Positions 26,946 through 33,293 of a DNA stretch of 60,468 nucleotides are shown here, piece by piece. Below the pieces are notes generated by a model. That model saw only the letters and a program-made list of their open reading frames with translations, searched no databases and was not told the DNA's origin. Origin of the DNA: an uncultured Candidatus Saccharibacteria bacterium. GTDB taxonomy: Bacteria > Patescibacteriota > Dojkabacteria > SC72. The position numbers were made by a program, and so were the translations under genes. The DNA is taken from the NCBI GenBank assembly GCA_964403155.1, contig CAYOEG010000004.1:1-60468 (forward strand), written 5' to 3'. Numbering within the stretch: position 1 is the first letter of the stretch; each line of letters begins with the position of its first letter.

Positions 26946-27409
26946 TCTATAGCTTGTACTTTGTACTTGGTATCACCTTTGGGTGTCGAAATTGTGACTT
27001 CTGCACCTAATTTCTTTCCCATAATGGCTTGTCCAATTGGGGATAGATGAGAGATTTTCCCTTCTAATGGATTTGCTTCATCTTCACTTGTAACCTCATA
27101 TTTAACAGTTTTACCATTTTTTAAGGTCACAATATCTCCAATTCCAACAATGCTTTTGTTTTTGTCCGTTACCACTTTTGCCGATTTAATCTTCTCTTTT
27201 AATTCAAGAATCTTCTCTTCATTAATCTGTTGCTCTTCAATCGCCATAGAGTAAGCATCGTTCTCGCGCAGGTCTCCTTGATTTCGCATCTCATTGAGGG
27301 TGTTTGCGATCTTAGAACGTAGATTTTCTTCTCTGTGTTTAAGTTCGTCTTTAAGCTTTTTTAGCCCGGACAGTGTTGTCTGATATATGTTTTCACTCAT
27401 ATCTGACAT
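26942..27409 (-). CDS. greA: Transcription elongation factor GreA
   Basis: 155 aa with the coiled-coil tip motif QGDLRENDAY and the C-terminal domain ISHLSPIGQAIMGKKLGAEV. Confidence 0.88.
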   Translation of the reverse strand: MSDMSENIYQTTLSGLKKLKDELKHREENLRSKIANTLNEMRNQGDLRENDAYSMAIEEQQINEEKILELKEKIKSAKVVTDKNKSIVGIGDIVTLKNGKTVKYEVTSEDEANPLEGKISHLSPIGQAIMGKKLGAEVTISTPKGDTKYKVQAID

Positions 27410-27505
27410 ACGCTGAATTTAGTTAACTGACCATAATATTACTATGAGTATATGATGTCAATAGGAGGAAAATATGATAGAATTACACCCGTAATAATGA
27501 GTTAT

Positions 27506-27580
27506 GCCGCCATCGTCTAACGGTTAGGACATATGATTCTCAATCATACAATCGGAGTCCGATTCTCCGTGGCGGTACCA
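27506..27580 (+). tRNA. tRNA-Glu (anticodon CUC), CCA encoded
   Basis: Hand fold: GCCGCCA-TC-GTCT-AACGGTTA-GGAC-A-TATGA-TTCTCAA-TCATA-CAAT-CGGAG-TCCGATT-CTCCG-TGGCGGT-A-CCA. There are two oddities: a G1:U72 wobble and C in place of U at T-loop position 55. Confidence 0.8.
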
Positions 27581-27621
27581 TATATTTCACCTCAAATTTA
27601 AATTAAAGAATTTTAGTTGTA

Positions 27622-28266
27622 ATGATTAAATTTGATATCATCACAATCTTCCCAAACATTGTAGAAGAATATATAAACACAGGAATAGTAGGAACTGCAA
27701 AAGGAAAGGGAATTGTAGAAATAAATATCCATGATTTAAGGAAATGGACAACGGATAATCATAAAACCGTAGATGATACTCCCTGTGGAGGTGGACCAGG
27801 AATGGTTCTAAAGATAGAACCAATCTATGCTGCAATCCAAGAGTTGAAAAAAGAAAATACCATAGTAGCAATTACTACACCAAAAGGGCATAAGATAGTT
27901 CAGAAAGATTTTAAAGAATTCTCAGAAAACAGTGATCTGCATATGATTATACTTTGTGGAAGGTACGAAGGATTCGACCAAAGAATACATGACAATTTGG
28001 TTGATTATGAATTCTCAATAGGTGACTACGTATTATCCGGAGGAGAATTAGCATCTCTTGTCCTAGTAGACGGGATTACTAGGCTATTACCAGGAGTCTT
28101 AGGTAATGAAGAATCTCTCGCAGATGAATCATTCAATGATGGTGCTACATTAGACTATCCTCAATATACCAGACCCATCGAATTCAATGGATGGAAGGTT
28201 CCAGAAATACTCTTAACAGGTGATCATGAAAAAATTAAAAAATGGAGAGAGTCGCAGAGGGGGTAG
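27622..28266 (+). CDS. trmD: tRNA (guanine37-N1)-methyltransferase
   Basis: 214 aa. IKFDIITIFPN...DDTPCGGGPGMVLK...CGRYEGFDQR...SIGDYVLSGGELA is typical TrmD. Confidence 0.92.
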   Translation: MIKFDIITIFPNIVEEYINTGIVGTAKGKGIVEINIHDLRKWTTDNHKTVDDTPCGGGPGMVLKIEPIYAAIQELKKENTIVAITTPKGHKIVQKDFKEFSENSDLHMIILCGRYEGFDQRIHDNLVDYEFSIGDYVLSGGELASLVLVDGITRLLPGVLGNEESLADESFNDGATLDYPQYTRPIEFNGWKVPEILLTGDHEKIKKWRESQRG

Positions 28267-28354
28267 TTAGGTGATTTTTAGGGGGTGGTTTGCGTAGAGG
28301 TTTTGGTCATATATAATATACTATAGAGCGAGTCTAAATTAAGAACACATCGCT

Positions 28355-28825
28355 ATGAAAGAGAAAGAAAAAATACTGTTAACAAAAGAAAAGAAGGAGA
28401 AATTAGAGCAAGAATTAACTAATCTTGAGAAGGTAAAAAAACCTGAGATATCAAGTGGGCTTGAGGCTGCAAGGCAACATGATCTAAGTGAGGATACTGA
28501 TGATTTGAGTGTAATGCTTGTGGAAAAAGAAGTAATCGAAACCAGAATCTTGGAACTAAAAAATATTTTGGCTAAGGCTAAAGTTTTCATTAAAAAAGTA
28601 TGTAATCCCAATAAGATAGATATTGGCTCAGAAATTACTGTAGAGGTTAGTGGGAAGAAAAAAGTTTTGACAATTGTTGACCCATTGGAAGCAGATCCGC
28701 TCAATGGAAAAATATCGGATCATTCTCCATTAGGTAAAGCCTTAGTAAGAAGCAAGAAAGGCCAGGAGGTAAGTATTAAAGTAAATGGGAAAATTGTAAA
28801 GTACAAAGTCTTAGAGATTTGCTAA
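28355..28825 (+). CDS. Gre-family paralog (divergent GreA/Gfh-like)
   Basis: 156 aa with the same architecture as GreA, including the C-terminal ISDHSPLGKALVRSKKGQEV. The coiled-coil tip reads HDLSEDTDDL instead of GDLxENxxY. Confidence 0.7.
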   Translation: MKEKEKILLTKEKKEKLEQELTNLEKVKKPEISSGLEAARQHDLSEDTDDLSVMLVEKEVIETRILELKNILAKAKVFIKKVCNPNKIDIGSEITVEVSGKKKVLTIVDPLEADPLNGKISDHSPLGKALVRSKKGQEVSIKVNGKIVKYKVLEIC

Positions 28826-30094
28826 TTCCTCTATACTTGCACGTTTTTGTTCCATGGTATCCCTGTCTCTAACAGTTACAGTGTTATCTTCCAATGTTTG
28901 ATAATCAACAGTTATACAGTATGGAGTACCAATTTCATCCTGATATCGGTATCTTTTACCAATATTTCCTCTAGCATCCCATACCACTTTCTTTGTATCT
29001 GTAAGCTTCTCAAATATCTCTCGAGCTTTGTTGACTATTTCAGGTTTGTTAGATACTAGTGGGAATACTGCTGCCTTGTATGCTGCAATTTCAGGATTGA
29101 CCTTCAATACTGTTCTGACTTCCCCATTTGGTAAAGTCTCTTCTTCGTAAGAATCGAGTAGGAGGAACAAGAATGTCCTGTCTACACCTCCTGAAGTTTC
29201 AACAATATTTGGAATATATTTTTCACCTGTTTGTGGATCTGTGTATGAAAGATCTGTCCCGGAAAATTTGTTGTGCTGTGTTAAATCATAGTCAGATCTC
29301 CAGTGAATACCTTCATTTTCAGCCCATCCCCATGGTGCTAAATATTCAATATCAAACGCCTTCTTCGCGTAGAAAATCAACTTCTCTTGCGGATGTTCAT
29401 AGAACCTTAAATTCTCATGCTTTCTGTAAAGCTTCTTGTAGAATTCCATTCTTTCATTCTTCCAATATTCAAAAGCTTCTTCCATAGCAGTTGGATGAAC
29501 GAAATATTGAAGATCCCACTGCTCAAATTCCCTAGTTCTGAAAGTAAATCTGTTGGGTGTAATCTCATTTCTAAATGCTTTACCAATCTGTGCAATACCA
29601 AAAGGTATTTGTTGTCTTGTTGAATCGACTACATTTTTAAAATCAAGATATATTGTTTGGCATGCCTCACCTCTAAGATATGCTGGCATCTTTTCACCTT
29701 CTATGACCCCAATTTCAGTATTGAAAAGAATGTTGTATTTTCTAGCTTCAGTAAAGTCTGTTCCACCACACTTAGGACATTTTCCATCAATATCCTCAGG
29801 TCTAAATCTAGCATGGCATTTTTTACATTCGATAGATTCATCGGCAAAATTTTTAACATGACCGGATGCCTCCCATACTTTTGGATGAGTAATGATAGTA
29901 CCATCTATACCAACGACATTCTCACGTTTGTCTACCATATTCTTCCACCAATACCTCTTAAGGTTGTTTTTCATCTCTACACCTACAGGACCGTAATCAT
30001 AGAAACCTCCTACGCCACCATATATCTCAGAATTCTGAAATATTATGCCTCTTCTTTTGCAAAGAGATGTGACTTTTTGTAACAGGTCTTCCAT
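28811..30094 (-). CDS. glyQS: Glycine--tRNA ligase (alpha2 dimeric type)
   Basis: 427 aa. RRGIIFQNSEIYGGVGGFYDYGPVGVEMKNNLKRYWW, class II motifs and a zinc-like CKKC...CPKCG insertion. Confidence 0.9.
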   Translation of the reverse strand: MEDLLQKVTSLCKRRGIIFQNSEIYGGVGGFYDYGPVGVEMKNNLKRYWWKNMVDKRENVVGIDGTIITHPKVWEASGHVKNFADESIECKKCHARFRPEDIDGKCPKCGGTDFTEARKYNILFNTEIGVIEGEKMPAYLRGEACQTIYLDFKNVVDSTRQQIPFGIAQIGKAFRNEITPNRFTFRTREFEQWDLQYFVHPTAMEEAFEYWKNERMEFYKKLYRKHENLRFYEHPQEKLIFYAKKAFDIEYLAPWGWAENEGIHWRSDYDLTQHNKFSGTDLSYTDPQTGEKYIPNIVETSGGVDRTFLFLLLDSYEEETLPNGEVRTVLKVNPEIAAYKAAVFPLVSNKPEIVNKAREIFEKLTDTKKVVWDARGNIGKRYRYQDEIGTPYCITVDYQTLEDNTVTVRDRDTMEQKRASIEELANL

Positions 30095-30199
30095 AGGTAT
30101 TAGGATGAAATTATTATTACCGATTATATCTTAATTCCCTAGTAATACAAAGAAGCTATGATATAATTACGAGAATAATTAACTTTTTTAAGCTCAAGC

Positions 30200-31744
30200 A
30201 TGGAAGATACGCAAAGAAGTGATCTGCTCGGACAAAGACAAGTAAGATTAGACAAACTCGCAGAGCTTAAGAAGTTGGGTGTAGATCCATATCCAGCAAA
30301 GTCATACAGAAATTATTCTAATGGAGAGGTATTAAATAAATTCGGGGAATTTGAGAACAATGAGGTATGTTTAGCTGGTAGAATCACAGCATGGAGAGAG
30401 CATGGGAAATTGGTTTTTGGGAATATTCTTGATCAAAGTGGAAGTATTCAGTTGATGATTAGAGAAGCTGATTTAGTTGAGGATCTTCAAAAAGGATACT
30501 TAGGTTGGGACAAGCTATACCTTCTGGATCTTGCAGATTTCGTTGAATTGTATGGAACGATAGGGAAAACAAGGACGGGGGAAATTACCATTATGGTTAA
30601 GAATGTAAGACTTTTAACCAAAGCCTTGAGACCAATTCCACGAAAATTAGAAAACAAAGAGCAGATATTTAGGAGAAGATATTTGGATTTAGTGGTAGAT
30701 AATGAATCATTAAAGCTTTTTGAAAGGAAAGCGAAATTCTGGCAGGTACAGAGAGATTTTCTTAGAGATCATGGCTTTATGGAAGTAGAGGTGCCTGTGT
30801 TGGAAGCCGTAACTGGTGGTGCGGATGCTGCACCATTCATTACACATCATAATGCTTTGGATCAAGATTTCTATCTTAGAATCTCTACAGAACTGTATCA
30901 AAAGAGATTGATAGGTGGAGGTTATGAAAAGATATTTACATTAGGACCAAACTTCAGAAATGAAGGTATGGATGACGAGCATTTACAGGAATACTATCAG
31001 TTGGAATGGTATTGGGGTTATGCTAACTACAAAGATAATATGCAGTTGGTGCATGATCTATTCTTAGAAATTGCAAACAAGGTATATGGCAAAACTCAAT
31101 TTACAACAAGGGGACATACTTTTGATTTGGCGGATGAGTGGAAAGAAATTGACTATACTTCTGTCATTAAGGAGAGATTTGATATTGATATCTTTAATGA
31201 TTCTGAAGAGAAGATGTTGGGTGTGATTAAGGATAACAATATTGAGATGGGTGGAGAAGTGAATAGAAATAGGATGATTGATACTTTGTGGAAAGCAATT
31301 AGAGCTACTATCTCCGGTCCTGCTTTCTTGGTTAATCAGCCTAAGTTTGTTTCTCCTTTAGCAAAATCGCATCAAGATAATCCTGATTTAACAGAGAGAT
31401 TCCAGGTAGTTATCGCGGGTAGTGAACTAGGTAACGGTTATTCTGAAATCAATGATCCTCAAGATCAATTGGATAGGTTCTTGGAGCAGCAGGCTATGAG
31501 GGATAGTGGTGATTCCGAAGCTCAGATGTTGGATATTGATTTTGTAGAGATGTTAGAATATGGTATGCCTCCTGTAAGTGGTTATGGCCAGAGTGAGAGA
31601 ATTTTCTGGTTCTTAGAAGATATTTCTGGTAGAGAAGGTACTTTCTTCCCACAGATGAGGGTAGAGGTAGAGAATACTACAAAACAGATATACAAGGACA
31701 AGGCCAGATTTAAGGAGAATATTAAAAAGGAAGAGAAGAAATAA
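30200..31744 (+). CDS. lysS: Lysine--tRNA ligase, class II
   Basis: 514 aa with an OB anticodon-binding domain. Class II core: FMEVEVPVLE..GGADAAPF, YLRISTELYQKRL, FRNEGMD, ELGNGYSEINDP and PPVSGYGQSERI. Confidence 0.92.
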   Translation: MEDTQRSDLLGQRQVRLDKLAELKKLGVDPYPAKSYRNYSNGEVLNKFGEFENNEVCLAGRITAWREHGKLVFGNILDQSGSIQLMIREADLVEDLQKGYLGWDKLYLLDLADFVELYGTIGKTRTGEITIMVKNVRLLTKALRPIPRKLENKEQIFRRRYLDLVVDNESLKLFERKAKFWQVQRDFLRDHGFMEVEVPVLEAVTGGADAAPFITHHNALDQDFYLRISTELYQKRLIGGGYEKIFTLGPNFRNEGMDDEHLQEYYQLEWYWGYANYKDNMQLVHDLFLEIANKVYGKTQFTTRGHTFDLADEWKEIDYTSVIKERFDIDIFNDSEEKMLGVIKDNNIEMGGEVNRNRMIDTLWKAIRATISGPAFLVNQPKFVSPLAKSHQDNPDLTERFQVVIAGSELGNGYSEINDPQDQLDRFLEQQAMRDSGDSEAQMLDIDFVEMLEYGMPPVSGYGQSERIFWFLEDISGREGTFFPQMRVEVENTTKQIYKDKARFKENIKKEEKK

Positions 31745-31754
31745 TTATTGTAAT

Positions 31755-31800
31755 TAAAAAGGCCAACCCTCGAGAATATATTGCTATCTGAGGGTTGGCC
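31755..31800 (-). terminator. Intrinsic terminator oriented for the minus strand (ends the GC-rich RNA unit; may also stop lysS)
   Basis: A perfect 11-bp stem pairs GGCCAACCCTC (31761-31771) with GAGGGTTGGCC (31790-31800). On the minus strand the hairpin is followed by TTTTT (complement of the A-run at 31756-31760). On the plus strand no U-tract follows. Confidence 0.7.
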
Positions 31801-32014
31801 CATCTGAACCGTCTCTGTCGAGGCAAAATTTCCCCAGAATTTTGTTGATCAGCTCCGATTCAAATGTCTTTGTTTCCATACAGGTGGTTATAGTGCGGAT
31901 CATCCACAAAGTATGAAAACCATTGTTCTTACTGCAACCATATTGCTCCAATGCATTGATCCTTGTTGAAGAAGACAACGGTCTCCCATTGGCAGGCTTT
32001 ATGGTTTGATATTT

Positions 32015-32110
32015 ACTACACCCGATGGGAATTGAACCCACATATAGGGGAATGAGCCCCATACCTCACCTAGCGAGTGCAGGCAGATGCCGCGCACGGC
32101 GTTGTGTAGC
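32015..32110 (-). other. 96-nt tRNA-like domain inside the GC-rich unit
   Basis: Read on the minus strand. The closing stem is GCTACAC/GTGTAGT (7 bp, one G:U). Hairpin GCCG-TGCG-CGGC is present. The D-arm-like element is CTC-GCTAGGT-GAG. Hairpin TGGGG-CTCATTC-CCCTA has CAU at the anticodon position. The T-arm is GTGGG-TTCAATT-CCCAT. It is not a canonical cloverleaf: there are ~21 extra nt after the 5' strand and 3 extra nt (CGG) before the 3' strand. Confidence 0.3.
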
Positions 32111-32161
32111 GACACCCTAATATTTTATTTTAATGAACAAAAAAAACTGTTAGAACAGGAA

Positions 32162-32190
32162 ATTATAGTATTTGTATGATTATAGGTCAA
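32162..32190 (-). promoter_or_regulatory. Promoter cassette copy A (drives the GC-rich RNA unit)
   Basis: On the minus strand, TTGACC (32190-32185), a 17-nt spacer and TATAAT (32167-32162). It is part of a 34-nt direct repeat with copy B and overlaps the stop codon of the acidic ORF. Confidence 0.55.
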
Positions 32191-32896
32191 TGACAGCAAA
32201 GGGGTCATTCTCTTCATTCTCACAAATCCTGATGGAAGGTAAATGGGTGATTTGTTTAGAGAAATCTTCGTAATCAATAATACCTGTCGAAAATTTGTTT
32301 AAAATTTCTATTGCCAATTTGTCATTATTGAAAATTCCACTCCAAATTTCTTCCATATGATCGAAGGTAGCTTTTAAACGAAGTTTTAAATACTCTGCAA
32401 GGATTAGGTTTGGTGATGTGAGTATAGTTTTAGTATCAGCTTTTTTGTCATCTTCCTGAGTTTCAAGTATCTTGGGGTTCAAACTTATAAATTCTGCTTC
32501 GTCTTTATCAATTCCCAAATTTTCAAGTTTAAGCTCAAGGGTTTCTATTGGACGAAGTAATTGAATAATACTCCCGACTTTACGGCATGAAATATCTCTT
32601 ATTTCAGAAACAATTTGATTTAAAGTTTTCTCTACCGCAGTTGTATTTATATATGACATGTCTCCGAGAGTTTCGATATTTATAGATATTTCTGGAAACT
32701 GGGGAGCCATTTCATTCACAAAATCGTAACCGTTGAAAGAATCGACTTCACCACCATTGATATTGGGAGCAGAAGAACTATCGATTTTTGAAAGAAGTAT
32801 ATTTAAATCTGCAATTTCATCATCAGCTTTTCCGAATGCATTGGTGACTTCATCAGGAAGTGATTCTTCAAGGTATGTTATTTCTCCTTCGGACAT
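32180..32896 (-). CDS. Highly acidic hypothetical protein (238 aa), probably leaderless
   Basis: An uninterrupted 238-codon ORF with 47 D/E versus 20 K/R by hand count. I recognise no motif. A consensus-like promoter ends 8 nt upstream of the ATG and there is no SD. Confidence 0.55.
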   Translation of the reverse strand: MSEGEITYLEESLPDEVTNAFGKADDEIADLNILLSKIDSSSAPNINGGEVDSFNGYDFVNEMAPQFPEISINIETLGDMSYINTTAVEKTLNQIVSEIRDISCRKVGSIIQLLRPIETLELKLENLGIDKDEAEFISLNPKILETQEDDKKADTKTILTSPNLILAEYLKLRLKATFDHMEEIWSGIFNNDKLAIEILNKFSTGIIDYEDFSKQITHLPSIRICENEENDPFAVIDL

Positions 32897-32904
32897 GATA
32901 AGAA

Positions 32905-32933
32905 ATTATAGTATTTGTGTGATTATAGGGCAA
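32905..32933 (-). promoter_or_regulatory. Promoter cassette copy B (drives the acidic ORF)
   Basis: On the minus strand, TTGCCC (32933-32928), a 17-nt spacer and TATAAT (32910-32905). The ATG lies at 32896-32894. Confidence 0.55.
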
Positions 32934-32942
32934 TAGAAATTC

Positions 32943-32998
32943 CTCGACCCTCATCTTTAACAAATTACCTCTAAAGGTAAAAAAAGATGAGGGCCGAG
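32943..32998 (-). other. Long compound hairpin downstream of tRNA(CAG)
   Basis: A 16-bp stem pairs 32943-32958 with 32983-32998, and an inner 5-bp hairpin TACCT-TTAG-AGGTA is present. The single non-Watson-Crick position is an A:C mismatch in plus-strand RNA but a G:U pair in minus-strand RNA, which argues for a minus-strand function. No U-tract follows. Confidence 0.5.
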
Positions 32999-33000
32999 TT

Positions 33001-33037
33001 GAATTGGCGAGAGTGAGGGGGGCACCCTAACCAATTC
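33001..33037 (-). other. Hairpin immediately 3' of tRNA(CAG)
   Basis: GAATTGG (33001-33007) pairs with CCAATTC (33031-33037) across a 23-nt G/C-rich loop. It begins 3 nt after the tRNA 3' end. Confidence 0.4.
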
Positions 33038-33039
33038 TA

Positions 33040-33114
33040 GGCGAGCGAGACAGGATTCGAACCTGTGGTTTCAAGCCTCTGAAGCTTGCGTCATGTCCAC
33101 TTGACTACTCGCTC
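33040..33114 (-). tRNA. Class-I tRNA with anticodon CAG (isotype unresolved; not a canonical tRNA-Leu)
   Basis: Hand fold of the minus strand: GAGCGAG-TA-GTCA-AGTGGACA-TGAC-G-CAAGC-TTCAGAG-GCTTG-AAACC-ACAGG-TTCGAAT-CCTGT-CTCGCTC-G-CC. All stems are perfect and the universal tRNA positions are present. The variable loop is 5 nt, position 37 is A and the discriminator is G73. Confidence 0.8.
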
Positions 33115-33264
33115 TAGCGAGATAAGAAGAGGAAAGATGGTTTTAACAACCAATCCAGGTATGAAGTATACTAATCACTTTTTTGCTGGTTACTGGTGTG
33201 GCCAGAGCTCTCTCTTTTTCTGAATGTCTTCAGTTACTTATCTCTCTTTAAAAGAACAGGAGCA

Positions 33265-33293
33265 ATTTTACCAAATAATATATTATAGGTCAA
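33265..33293 (-). promoter_or_regulatory. Promoter cassette copy C (candidate promoter of the tRNA(CAG) unit)
   Basis: On the minus strand, TTGACC (33293-33288), a 17-nt spacer and TAAAAT (33270-33265). It shares the 13-mer ATTGACCTATAAT with copy A. It implies a ~140-nt leader before the tRNA. Confidence 0.45.

Larger units (their letters stand above)
31755..32155 (-). ncRNA. Unassigned ~400-nt promoter-to-terminator unit; candidate structured RNA
   Basis: It is bounded by the promoter at 32162-32190 and the terminator at 31755-31800. The 5' part is unusually GC-rich, with 31 of 45 nt G/C at 32073-32117 by hand count. That part contains a UNCG hairpin (GCCG-TGCG-CGGC), a canonical-looking T-arm and a CAU-containing 7-nt loop hairpin. 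The only long ORF (92 aa, 31784-32062) lacks a usable RBS spacing and runs into the terminator loop. Confidence 0.35.

Noticed and set aside
31784-32062. A 92-aa minus-strand ORF (MGLIPLYVGSIPIGC...) inside the GC-rich unit, considered as a possible small protein gene.
   Set aside because: The start codon sits inside the T-arm/anticodon-like hairpins. The only SD-like string (GGTGAGG) is 1 nt from the ATG, the ORF runs through the terminator stem and stops in its loop, and I recognise no motif. It is kept only as an alternative hypothesis to the RNA interpretation.
32041-32117. Plus-strand similarity of GGCAGATGCCGCGCACGGCG..GTGTAGCG to the 3' arm of E. coli 4.5S (SRP) RNA.
   Set aside because: The conserved domain-IV core (GNAR loop with GGAAG/AGCAGC-type internal loops) is absent. 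In addition, promoter and terminator polarity indicate minus-strand transcription.
31755-32155. tmRNA (ssrA), including a circularly permuted two-piece form, suggested by the size (~400 nt) and the T-arm.
   Set aside because: The strand 3' of the T-arm (CGGGTGTA) cannot form a GGGG.../...UCCA acceptor with the G3:U70 alanine identity pair. There is no complementary 5' acceptor strand downstream and no reading frame ending in an ...ALAA/...LAA-type tag before a stop. The T-arm also sits near the 5' end rather than the 3' end.
32015-33114. The tRNA-like fragment as an attR-type duplicated 3' end of the tRNA(CAG), marking an integrase-mediated island.
   Set aside because: The two T-arm/acceptor sequences are unrelated (ACAGGTTCGAATCCTGTCTCGCTC versus GTGGGTTCAATTCCCATCGGGTGT), and no integrase gene is present in the segment.
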